Assembly (NCBI GenBank): GCA_963719085.1
Contig: CAVRAL010000001.1
Span: 204,096 to 268,095, forward strand
Source: a candidate division FCPU426 bacterium
Lineage (GTDB): Bacteria; Oederibacteriota; Muellerivitia; Muellerivitales; Muellerivitaceae
Direction of reading: 5' to 3'
DNA length: 64,000 bases
Under the pieces are notes generated by a model, which saw only the letters and a list, made by a program, of their open reading frames with translations, made no database searches and had not been told where the DNA came from. Below, piece after piece: positions 52,755-61,900 of this stretch. Position 1 is the stretch's first letter. Each line of letters opens with the position of its first letter. The translations under genes were made by a program, and so were the position numbers.

Positions 52755-53054
52755 TTGGCCTACGAGCGGTGCATGGGGCTTCGGGTGGTGGATGAGGCTT
52801 TGTACCGCAGGTACCGGGAGGGGATGCTCCCCATCCTCGCGCGCTTTGGGGGACGGTTCCGCTATGACTTTAAAATCTCTGAAACGCTGAAATCCGAGAC
52901 CGCCGCGCCCATCAACCGGGTTTACATGATCGCCTTTGAAAGCAAAGCCGATAACGACGCCTTTTTCAAGGACCCGGATTATCTCAAGGTTCGGGAAACT
53001 TTCTTTAAACCTGCCGTCGCGGAGATCACGACCCTAGCCGCTTACGAGCGTTAG
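52755..53054 (+). CDS. DUF1330-family small protein
   Basis: 99 aa. The pattern YRRYREGMLPILARFGGRF...AFESKADNDAFFKDPDYLKVRE resembles DUF1330 (dimeric alpha-beta barrel). The start is uncertain (TTG 52755 or ATG 52773). Confidence 0.55.
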   Translation: MAYERCMGLRVVDEALYRRYREGMLPILARFGGRFRYDFKISETLKSETAAPINRVYMIAFESKADNDAFFKDPDYLKVRETFFKPAVAEITTLAAYER

Positions 53055-53077
53055 GCTATCGCTTCGAGTTAAAAATT

Positions 53078-53479
53078 TTATTCAACTGCGCTCACGATAA
53101 TATCATTACAGACGCCACCAGTTCCTTCGGCTACAGAGGCCTCGAAAACATCCCCCCCGCCTACGGAAAAGGTTAGGGGATAATTAGCGGTGTCGTTTTG
53201 AAAAAGGCAGGTTACGCCGACGCAGGTGCCGCTTGTAATAAAATTCAAGGTGTGATTTCCGGGCGAAACGGTGTTAGGGAATGGGACAAGTCCTTGGCCG
53301 GCGGTAATGGACATGGCCTGGTTACCGTCTATATTTACGCTCATTTCGCAGCCAGCGGAACGGCTATCATCGACTTCGATGGTTCCTTGGGTCACTCCGG
53401 CGGGCTGACAGCCGACGGCCAAAAGCATACCGCCGAAAATGATGGCGAATAAAAAAGCGGCGATTAAGTGATTCTTCAT
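53078..53479 (-). CDS. Small hypothetical lipoprotein
   Basis: 133 aa. It has a signal peptide with lipobox LLAVGC. The mature part is Gly/Thr/Cys-rich with no recognised family. Confidence 0.6.
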   Translation of the reverse strand: MKNHLIAAFLFAIIFGGMLLAVGCQPAGVTQGTIEVDDSRSAGCEMSVNIDGNQAMSITAGQGLVPFPNTVSPGNHTLNFITSGTCVGVTCLFQNDTANYPLTFSVGGGDVFEASVAEGTGGVCNDIIVSAVE

Positions 53480-53701
53480 GATTCCTCCGGTGATGGGTGT
53501 ACCGAATTTTGACGTCTCAACCCGGTTAAAAGTTCCCTCAGGCGCTCACTATAGTGAAGGTTTTAACCCTCGAAGTTTTCGGTTAGTCAGGGCATTATTA
53601 TAAGCGGGTTAGTTGTTCTCCTTGGGTAAATATCACCCACAGATTTGATCTTCCTTGTGGACCAAAAAGCCTTTTTCCCTGGATATTTTCCGTCTCTCCC
53701 A

Positions 53702-53717
53702 TGGCACGTCCTTTGCT
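53702..53717 (+). promoter_or_regulatory. Sigma54 (RpoN) -24/-12 promoter
   Basis: TGGCACGTCCTTTGCT is an exact match to TGGCAC-N5-TTGCW. It lies in a non-coding divergent region, 57 nt upstream of the CheY-like gene ATG (53774). Confidence 0.65.
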
Positions 53718-53773
53718 TTATTTAAACCTGAATATTCAAATAACCCCCGTGGGGAAGATCAGTGGGAGGCCGC

Positions 53774-54199
53774 ATGAGTTTAGGAACTATTTTAATCGTG
53801 GAAGACCAAAGGGGTTTTCGGCGGATTTATCAGGACGCCCTGGAAAGCCAGGGCTACGAGGTTTTGGTCGCCGAGGATGGGGAAAAGGGATTGGAACAGG
53901 TTCGGTTGCACAAACCCAGCCTGGTCCTGCTCGATTTGGGCCTGCCCCGGATGAGCGGATTTGAGGTGCTTCGGAAAATCCGCGAGGATGTTTCCTTGGA
54001 TAAAGTCCGGGTGGTCATTTTTTCGGTCACCGGCGAGGAAAATCACGTGGAAAAGGCGCTTGGCATGGGCGCCAATGGCTATGTGCTGAAGGGGGGCCAC
54101 ACACCCCGGCAGGTCATTGAGGTCATCCAAGGCCTTTTGAATCCTGCTGAAAAGGCCGCGGGAAAAACGCCCGAGGCTAAAATTCCACAGGCTTCCTGA
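53774..54199 (+). CDS. Single-domain CheY-like response regulator
   Basis: ILIVEDQ, phospho-acceptor LVLLDLGLPRMSG, FSVT and YVLKG are the REC signature. ATG 53774 lies 5 nt after GGGAGG. Confidence 0.88.
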   Translation: MSLGTILIVEDQRGFRRIYQDALESQGYEVLVAEDGEKGLEQVRLHKPSLVLLDLGLPRMSGFEVLRKIREDVSLDKVRVVIFSVTGEENHVEKALGMGANGYVLKGGHTPRQVIEVIQGLLNPAEKAAGKTPEAKIPQAS

Positions 54200-54416
54200 C
54201 TCGGGCCCCCGCCGCCTGTTGGGCGGCCCCGGGTTCCCGGAAATACTCATTCCATCGGGGCGGCGGTATGTCTTTGCCTTCGTAGAGGATGAATTCCATT
54301 TTCCATTTGGTTTCATGAAGGCATTTTAAAAGCGCGTCATCCGAATTGACCGCCTGGGTTTTGTAAAGCGACCCGGTCCGGTCATGGCGGAAAAAATATA
54401 GATAATCAGTCCGCAT
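54177..54416 (-). CDS. Hypothetical small protein (79 aa)
   Basis: The ORF lies 84 nt downstream of, and co-oriented with, the sulfotransferase gene. Its 3' end overlaps the convergent regulator gene by 23 nt. No motif is recognised, so coding status is unproven. Confidence 0.35.
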   Translation of the reverse strand: MRTDYLYFFRHDRTGSLYKTQAVNSDDALLKCLHETKWKMEFILYEGKDIPPPRWNEYFREPGAAQQAAGARVRKPVEF

Positions 54417-54500
54417 AGTGATCCGCCGGATGGTTGGATGGATCCCTCAAGCAGCGCCTCCTGTTTTTGGAACTATTTGGACAAATCCAAGGACGGGTCC

Positions 54501-55310
54501 TCATGAATAGCCCAGAGCGCCATGGAGCGCTTTTTGCCTCTCGAGCAGTTTCGGGGGGATCGCCGCCATAAGCGTTGGATCAATTCGGGCGCCTTTTCCA
54601 ATCCGGTCCGTTTCGATCTTTGAGGTCGAAGCGATTTTATAATCTCCGCCGCCTGGATCACGGCTGACTTCAAAAACCCGGTCCAAAAGGGCGGGGTCCC
54701 AATCCAAGCCGAGAAATTGAAAGACCGGGTGGAGGGTGCCCGCCGGATTCCCGACGAGGGCCTCGTACCGCAGCCGGAAGGTTTGGGAATGGCGCTTTTC
54801 GAAGTCGAGCATGATTTGGGTCTTGTCGACCCAGCTTTCGAGCAACGCGGCGGCGTAATTTTTCGGGTGCTTGACCACATAGGGGAGGGCCCACCAGACA
54901 TAGTTTTTTTCCTCAAGTCCGAGGCCTGAATGGACAACGTCCAAACTGTTCCGGTAAAGACAGAGATAACGGGCGGTCGGAAAGGTTTTTTCCAATTCGG
55001 AAAGGTTTTTCAAGTTGAAGGGAGTCTTATCGCACCAAATTTTCTTTCCCTGGAGCCGGGTAAAGTTTGAGAGAAGCTCATCGATGATGCGGCCCACCTC
55101 CCGCCACGTCGCTTGGTCCTGATCGCTGCTTTCTTTCCCGGCGGTCAGGCCGAGCGTCCGGGAAACGGTTTCCCCTAAGTCCTTGGCCAGCCTCCCCAAA
55201 AACAACTCGCCGGGACAACAAATGTCCGGATGCGTATCCAAAATATAGCGCAGGAGCGTGGAGCCGGAACGTTCGCTGCTCAGGATGAAAATCGGGGCGG
55301 TGGGTGCCAT
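54501..55310 (-). CDS. Sulfotransferase-family protein (PAPS-dependent)
   Basis: The N-terminal 5'-PSB loop FILSSERSGSTLLRYIL and the later RNSLDVVHS region fit the sulfotransferase fold. Confidence 0.75.
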   Translation of the reverse strand: MAPTAPIFILSSERSGSTLLRYILDTHPDICCPGELFLGRLAKDLGETVSRTLGLTAGKESSDQDQATWREVGRIIDELLSNFTRLQGKKIWCDKTPFNLKNLSELEKTFPTARYLCLYRNSLDVVHSGLGLEEKNYVWWALPYVVKHPKNYAAALLESWVDKTQIMLDFEKRHSQTFRLRYEALVGNPAGTLHPVFQFLGLDWDPALLDRVFEVSRDPGGGDYKIASTSKIETDRIGKGARIDPTLMAAIPPKLLERQKALHGALGYS

Positions 55311-55421
55311 TTCCTATTGACGTTCGCGTCCGGGCGAAAGTGTCGTGCGGGTTGGACGCTGTTTTCTTTCGGACCTAAAGTGAAGTTTATTTTGAGGGAA
55401 GATTCCGGACCGGCGGCGGTA

Positions 55422-56570
55422 TTATTTATCCAATACCAGTATTTTGGTTTCGTGGACCATGATCGGTTCGGTCACGTAAATGATGTAAATGCCGCTGGCC
55501 ACAATGTCTCCCAGAAAATTTTTTCCGTCCCAATAAACCATATCCGTGCCCGTGGATTGGGTTTTGTTGTCCCGCAATGTCCGTATAAATTCTCCCGCGC
55601 TGTTGTAAATTTTGACGGCGTAAGGGCCGGGCGTGCATAGGTTGGATTTGATGAACAAAAGGGGACTGTCGGTCCGAGGCGCGAAGATGTTGCGGGATAC
55701 AAAGACGGATTCATCGCAGGGGGCCCCTGATAGAGTCGGCGTCGGGGTGGGGCCGCTGATGAAACTATTGGAACGGATGAAAACGTTTGAATCCAGGTTG
55801 CAGTCGCCCACGTCGCAGATAGCCATTTTAATGTGGTTGACCACGCCCGGTGTCACGGCGGCGATGACGCTTAAAACGGTCGTCAAACCGCGCATGGTGG
55901 TGTTCAGGTTCGCCGTGGGTTTGGTGACGGTGCAAGCGCTACTGTAGGTGCCGTTGCTATTGTCGATATAGTAGGAAGGGTTCACGCAGTTATTGACGGT
56001 GTTGATGGAAACGTCCGTGGAGGTTCCGGGAATGAGGGCTTGGTTGACCCCGTTGACGAAAAAACCAAAGACATCGTCGAAGGCCCCGATGTAGGAATTG
56101 TATTCGTCCGAGGCGAAGACATATTGAAAAGAAATCGTGTTGGCGATCGGGACGAAATCAAAGGAAAGGACGGTGGCGTCGTAGGTGGTGTTGCCGCCGA
56201 CGCCCGGGAGGGCCGCCAAGTCCGAGTCTCCCGGCAGGCCGTTGCAGGTGCTGGTGGTCGTCGTGTTCGGGCCCGCCACGGAGGCGGCGTTCCCATCGCT
56301 TAAGATAATCCCGGAGTCAAAGCCGATGACGCCGTTTCCGCCCGTAAAGGTCCCCGAGGAAGTGCCCACACCCTGGTAGGTGACATTGCTGTAGCTGACG
56401 CCTGAACCCAAAAGGGATTGAACCAAGACGGAGGGGGATTGGGATCCCAATGGGGTTACCTGAAGGGTTTGGCCCCGGACGCCTTGCGCGTTCAGGAGGC
56501 AAAGAAGGACGCTTATCGCGCCGAGGCGATACGGGAAGTTTGGGAGATAAGGCTTCTTCATCATATTCAA
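55422..56570 (-). CDS. Secreted choice-of-anchor-L domain protein with a C-terminal FlgD-Ig-like / sorting-type beta-sandwich
   Basis: Signal peptide, then LVQSLLGSGVSYSNVTYQG, GIILSDGNA, LPGDSDL, TYDATVLSFDFVP, FQYVFASDEYNSYIG and FGFFVNG (choice-of-anchor L pattern). The C-terminal MVYWDGKNFLGDIVASGIYIIYV is typical of FlgD-Ig/T9SS-like C-terminal domains. Confidence 0.75.
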   Translation of the reverse strand: MNMMKKPYLPNFPYRLGAISVLLCLLNAQGVRGQTLQVTPLGSQSPSVLVQSLLGSGVSYSNVTYQGVGTSSGTFTGGNGVIGFDSGIILSDGNAASVAGPNTTTTSTCNGLPGDSDLAALPGVGGNTTYDATVLSFDFVPIANTISFQYVFASDEYNSYIGAFDDVFGFFVNGVNQALIPGTSTDVSINTVNNCVNPSYYIDNSNGTYSSACTVTKPTANLNTTMRGLTTVLSVIAAVTPGVVNHIKMAICDVGDCNLDSNVFIRSNSFISGPTPTPTLSGAPCDESVFVSRNIFAPRTDSPLLFIKSNLCTPGPYAVKIYNSAGEFIRTLRDNKTQSTGTDMVYWDGKNFLGDIVASGIYIIYVTEPIMVHETKILVLDK

Positions 56571-56730
56571 ACACCTGTGGATGATTGGGAGGCTGATATC
56601 AACTTTAAATAGTGGCCTGATTATATCACCGGATTAAACGAACCCGAAAAGCCAAGGCCCTGCTTTTGATCCATCCCGGGACGGCCTATAATCGATCGAC
56701 TTCCACTTACGTGATTGAAAGGAATTTCCA

Positions 56731-57255
56731 ATGATTTCACCGAAAAAAATCGCTCTTTTGGTCGGCAAAGATTTCGAGGATATGGAGGTAATGTATCCCT
56801 ATTACCGGTTGATTGAGGCCGGATACCAGGTGGACGTCATCGGCGAAGGCCCGGCGGGCACCCAGTACCACGGAAAATTCACCTATCCCATCCTCTCCAC
56901 GCTGGAAATATCCCAAGCCAAGGCGGTGGATTACGTTGGGCTGGTGGCGCCGGGCGGTTGGTCGCCGGACAAGCTGCGTCGAAACCCGCAGGTGCTTCAA
57001 TTGGTAAGGGACATTGACCGCCAGGGCGGGGTCATCGCCTCGATTTGCCATGGTCCCTGGATTTTGATCTCCGCCGGCGTGGTCAAGGGCAAAAAAATGA
57101 CGGCTACCACGGCCATTAAGGACGATTTGGTGAACGCGGGAGCCTTGTTCGTGAACGAGGAAGTGACCGTGGACGGCCGGATGGTGACCAGCCGTAAGCC
57201 CGACGACCTTCCGGCTTTCCTGCGCGAGACGCTGAAACTTTTGGGATCGGCTTAA
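56731..57255 (+). CDS. DJ-1/PfpI-family protein (type 1 glutamine amidotransferase-like)
   Basis: 174 aa with the nucleophile elbow IASICHGPWIL. Its overall length and motifs match PfpI. Confidence 0.88.
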   Translation: MISPKKIALLVGKDFEDMEVMYPYYRLIEAGYQVDVIGEGPAGTQYHGKFTYPILSTLEISQAKAVDYVGLVAPGGWSPDKLRRNPQVLQLVRDIDRQGGVIASICHGPWILISAGVVKGKKMTATTAIKDDLVNAGALFVNEEVTVDGRMVTSRKPDDLPAFLRETLKLLGSA

Positions 57256-57340
57256 AATCCACGAATTGTCCCTTTCTTGCGTCCATAAGGCTTATAGTCA
57301 AGTCAGACTTGTGGATGGAGTCCCGAAAGGAAGTTGAATC

Positions 57341-57694
57341 ATGAAGATCAATAAAGAAGAAGTCCTGGCGAAAATGGAACTGGGTCAAGCGGTTTTGATT
57401 AATGTGCTCTCCAAGGATGATTACCGCAAACTGCGGATCAAGGGATCCAAGAACCAATATTTTGATAATGACGAAGCCGCGGCTTTTTCAAAGAACGTTG
57501 AGGCGGCATACGGGAAAGACAAATCTTTCATCGTTTACGGCGACCATTTCGGACATTTGCAAAGTTTCGAGGCGGCCCAGGCGCTGAATGCCCGCGGCCT
57601 CAAGGTTTTGAATTACGCCGGAGGCGTGCAGGAATGGTACAAATCGGGATATCCGGTTGAGGGAACCCAAGTCAACAACGCGGGCGGCGAATAA
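57341..57694 (+). CDS. Rhodanese-homology domain protein lacking the catalytic Cys
   Basis: 117 aa. Fold markers are RIKGS, IVYG and NYAGGVQEWYKSGYPV. The active-site loop reads YGDHFGHLQS, where rhodaneses have C(R/K)xGxR. Confidence 0.65.
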   Translation: MKINKEEVLAKMELGQAVLINVLSKDDYRKLRIKGSKNQYFDNDEAAAFSKNVEAAYGKDKSFIVYGDHFGHLQSFEAAQALNARGLKVLNYAGGVQEWYKSGYPVEGTQVNNAGGE

Positions 57695-57726
57695 AAAACA
57701 GTTGAAAAGTATAAAGTTTTGGTTTT

Positions 57727-57820
57727 TCTCCTTCTCCCTTGAGGGGAGAAGGTCGGGATGAGGGTGATTTAATTAACTAAACCCCTCACCTTAACCCTCT
57801 CCCACAAGGGGAGAGGGAGC
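57727..57820. repeat. Inverted pair of a roughly 38-nt hairpin-containing element between convergent genes
   Basis: Copy 1 is TCTCCTTCTCCCTTGAGGGGAGAAGGTCGGGATGAGGGTGA, with internal hairpin 57730-57738/57744-57752. Copy 2, inverted, is TCACCTTAACCCTCTCCCACAAGGGGAGAGGGAGC, with hairpin 57795-57803/57809-57817. The centre is TTAATTAA. Confidence 0.85.
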
Positions 57821-57861
57821 TCGAATCAAGCCGGTTTGCCAAGTCAATAGTTCGGCTTTTT

Positions 57862-58422
57862 TTACGCCGACCCATCCAAGGGATGGCGCTCCAGCTTCCC
57901 CTGAAAAGTTTCCTTGCCCACTCCCACGTAAAGCTCGCCCTCGTTGCGGGTCATTTCCCAATGGTTATCCCGGTCCAGCGTGGCCCCCAGGGCGTTTAAA
58001 AACCGTTGATCCATCGAGTACAACCCGATCGATTCCACCTTGTGGACTTTTTCCGAGAGGAGTTCCCTGGCCAGCATTTGAGGGTCTTTGTGGGTATAGA
58101 TGCGCACTTCCTTGACGGACTTGGACGCCTTGTGGATCCTTTTGGCGGTGGGATTGCCGATGTCGATCCAAATATCCAGCCCTCCGGTCAGGTTGGCGAC
58201 CCGAATGGCGGGGTCGTCGGGCGCGCTGATGCCGCCGGAAAATTCCAGGCCTTCCTGATAATTCAAGGCGTAAGCCAAAACTCGGATGATGAAAAAAGGA
58301 ATCGATTCGGAAGGATGCATGGCGGCCCGGAATTCCAAAGTCTGATAAAGGCTGCGGTCCACGTCGGATAAATCCAGGGTGAAGCGGTAAAGGGTTGAAG
58401 TGAGGGTCAAGTTTTTCTCCAC
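57862..58422 (-). CDS. yaeQ: YaeQ-family protein
   Basis: 186 aa. TLYRFTLDLSDVDRSLYQTLEFRAAMHPSES and the LAYALNYQEGLEFS pattern are typical of YaeQ (PD-(D/E)xK-like). Confidence 0.85.
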   Translation of the reverse strand: MEKNLTLTSTLYRFTLDLSDVDRSLYQTLEFRAAMHPSESIPFFIIRVLAYALNYQEGLEFSGGISAPDDPAIRVANLTGGLDIWIDIGNPTAKRIHKASKSVKEVRIYTHKDPQMLARELLSEKVHKVESIGLYSMDQRFLNALGATLDRDNHWEMTRNEGELYVGVGKETFQGKLERHPLDGSA

Positions 58423-58509
58423 GGAAGATTAGGTTTATTTTACAAGGAAAGCGGTCTTAATTTCGGCTTGTTGGATTATTTTTATCCCCTACTACCTTAT
58501 ACTATTTGA

Positions 58510-58887
58510 ATGAGAATCCTTTTATCCCATTCCAATGAGTTTCAAAAACAACCGGTTCCGGCGAAACCTAAAACCCTCGTCATTACCAAAGAACGGGAAG
58601 CCGCTTCGGTGGAACTGGGAAATCCCTGGCAAGTGGTTCTTTTTAACGATGAGGTCCATAGTTTTGACGAGGTCATCCTTCAAATCCAAAAGGCCACGGG
58701 CTATGCCTTGGAAAAAGCCGCCGACATCACTTTTCGGGTGCACCACAACGGCAAGGCCATCGCTTATATCGGCGAGAAGGACCCTTGCGAAAAAGTAGCG
58801 GCCATCTTGGGGCAGATTCAGACTCACCACTTCGGTCGAAAAAACATAAGAAAGTTCCGGGCGCCGGCCTCGTCAAATCCCGGATGA
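58510..58887 (+). CDS. clpS: ATP-dependent Clp protease adaptor ClpS
   Basis: WQVVLFNDEVHSFDEVILQIQKATG and AADITFRVHHNGKA match the ClpS core. Confidence 0.88.
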   Translation: MRILLSHSNEFQKQPVPAKPKTLVITKEREAASVELGNPWQVVLFNDEVHSFDEVILQIQKATGYALEKAADITFRVHHNGKAIAYIGEKDPCEKVAAILGQIQTHHFGRKNIRKFRAPASSNPG

Positions 58888-58905
58888 GCCCCTTATAATA
58901 AACCC

Positions 58906-61900
58906 ATGAACCGGCCCGAATTCGTCCATCTCCACCTCCATTCCCAATACAGCCTTTTAGAAAGCACCGTCCGGTTGGATCCCCTGATGAGCCGGTTGAA
59001 AGAACTTCAAATGCCGGCGGCGGCCTTGACCGATAAGGCCAATCTTTTCGGGGCTATCCATTTTTATCAAAGCGCCCTGGCCCACGGCATCAAGCCCATT
59101 TTGGGATGCGAGCTTTTGGTGGCGCCCCGGTCCCGCTTTGACAAGACCCATTCCCATGGCCGGCCCGAGGCGGCCTATCACCTGGTTTTGCTCGCCGAAA
59201 ATCAGGAAGGCTATCAGAACCTGATGAAGCTGTCCTCGGCGGGCTATCTGCAGGGCTATTTCCTGGGGCCGCGGATTGATAAAGAGCTTTTAGCCCGGCA
59301 CAGCAAAGGGTTGATCGCTTTGTCCGGTTGTTTGGACGGCGAGATCGGCGATTTTTTGCTGAAGGATGAGATGCCGCCCGCCTTGAAGGCCGTGGGGGAG
59401 TATCAGGATATTTTCGGCAAGGACCGTTTTTTTCTCGAGGTCCAGGATCACGGTCTGGATAAAGAAAAAAAGATCAAAAAAGCCCTGGTGGAACTATCCC
59501 AAAAGTCCGGGGCGCCCCTCGTGGCCACCAATGACGCGCATTATCTGCGCCGGGAAGACGCCGAGTACCATGAGGTTTTGCTTTGCCTGGGCAAGGGCGA
59601 GACCCTTTCCAGCCCGACCCATCCTTCCTATCAATCGGACCAGTTTTATCTTAAAAGCGCCGAGGAAATGGCCGCCCTTTTCGCTGAAATGCCCGACACG
59701 CTTCGGCGCACTTTGGAAATTTCCGAGCGCTGCCACATTACGTTTGAGTTTGAAAAACTTCATATGCCCCAATTCCCGGTGCCCAAGGGCGCCGGCAACG
59801 AGGACACTTATTTGGGCGAGCTTTGCCGTTTGGGCCTGGACCGGCGTTTTGGCGAGAAGGCCTCGGCCCAACCCATCCAAGACCGTTTAAGCGAGGAACT
59901 GGGAGTCATTAAGCGCACGGGTTTCAGCGGTTACTTTTTGATCGTGGCGGATTTTATCCAAGCCGCCCGCGCGAAGGGAATTCCCGTGGGACCGGGCCGG
60001 GGATCGTCGGCCGGAAGTTTGGTGGCTTACCTTTTGGGCATCACGGATGTGGACCCGCTCAAGTACGACCTTCTTTTTGAGCGCTTCATCAATCCCGAAA
60101 GGGTCAGCGCCCCGGATATTGATGTGGATGTTTGCGACCGGCGGCGGGGGGAAGTGCTTCAATACATCACCCAAACTTACGGCGCCGACAAGGTGGCCTC
60201 CATCATCACCTTCGGCACCTTGTCGGCCCGCGCGGTCATCCGGGACGTGGGACGGGTTTTGGAAATCCCCCTGCCCGAAATCGACCGGATCGCCAAGCTG
60301 ATTCCCTATGAGCTCAAAATTACCTTGGAGGATTGCGCGGCCAAGGTGCCCGAGCTTCGGGCCATCGCCAATGAACAGGGGCCTTACCGGAAATTGTGGG
60401 ATGTTTCCCGGGCGTTGGAAGGCCTCTTCCGGCACGCCTCGACCCACGCGGCCGGCATCATCATCGGCAATGAGCCGCTCATTGAGACCGTTCCCCTATG
60501 CCAGGGCGGGGAATCCGAAGTCTTGACCCAGTACGACATGAACACCTTGAAGGATGTGGGCATCCTGAAACTCGATGTTTTGGGGCTTCGAACCCTAACC
60601 GTCATCGATGACGCCTTGGAACTGATCCATCAAACCCGCGGCCAAAAAATCGACTTATCCAAAATTCCGGAAGATGATCCGGCCGCTTTTGAGCTTTTAA
60701 AAAAGGCACAGACGGGCGGCATCTTCCAACTGGAATCCAGGGGAATGCGGGATTACATGCGCAAGTTGGTCCCTGAAAGTATGGAGGATATCACGGCCTT
60801 GATCGCCCTTTACCGGCCGGGCCCCTTGGGTTCGGACATGGTGGACGATTTTATCCACCGCAAAAGGGGCCAAGTGAAGTTCAAATACCTTCATCCCAAG
60901 CTGGAGCCCATTCTCAAGACCACTTACGGGGTCATCCTTTACCAGGAACAGGTGATGCGCATCGCCAAGGATTTGGCGGGTTTCAGCCTGGGCCAGGCGG
61001 ATATTTTGCGAAAGTCCATGGGAAGTAAAAATCCGGAACAAATGGAAAAAATGCGCAGCCGTTTTCTGGAAGGCGCCAAACTTGAGAAAATTCCCGAGGA
61101 AACCGCCGAGTCCATTTTTAACCTGATGGCCAAGTTCGCCGGCTACGGTTTCAATAAATCCCATAGCGCGGCTTACGCCCGGGTGTCCTACCAAACCGCT
61201 TACTTGAAGGCCAATTATTCACCCGAATTTATGGCGGCCCTTTTGACCAGTGAGTCGGGCAATCAGGACAAGATTTTTCAATATGTCTTCGAGTGCCGCC
61301 GCATGGGTTTAAAGGTTTTACCGCCGGACGTGAACGAGAGCGGGGAAACCTTCACAGTGGACAAGGAAGGCCGGATTCGGTTTTCCCTTTTCGCCATCAA
61401 GACCGTGGGCGGGCCCGCGGTCGAGGCGATCCTCGAGGCGCGCAAAGCCGGGCCCTTCACCTCGCTTTTTGATTTCTGCCGCCGGGTGGATTTAAAGGCC
61501 TTGACCCCCAAGCTGGTGGAAAGCCTGATTTTGGCCGGGGCCTTTGATTCCACAGGCGCGGCCCGGGCGCCGATGAAAGAAGCCGCCGAAAAGGCTTTCC
61601 GGCAAGGCCAGTCGGTGCGGGAAGATTCCCAAAGGGGCCAGACATCGCTTTTTGGCATGATCGAGACCGCGTCCCCCGACAGTCTCCCCAATATCCCTGA
61701 ATTTTCGGCCGCCCAGAAACTGATCGCCGAAAAGGAAGCCTTGGGGTTCTATTTGTCCGGGCATCCCTTGTCCGAGCATGAATGGGCCTTGGAACACTAT
61801 GTGCTTCCCTTAAGCGAGGTAGGCGATCTGCCCGATGGGGTGGAAATTCGGGTGGGCGGCATGATTTTAGGCTTGTCCCAAAGCGTGGTGAAGAAGACCA

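Noticed and set aside
52758-53050. A direct 8-nt repeat TACGAGCG (52761-52768 and 53043-53050, each preceded by GCC) lies at both ends of the DUF1330 gene. It could be a target-site duplication of an inserted cassette.
   Set aside because: An 8-mer recurrence can arise by chance given how many junctions were inspected. There are no terminal inverted repeats, integrase or att-like context.
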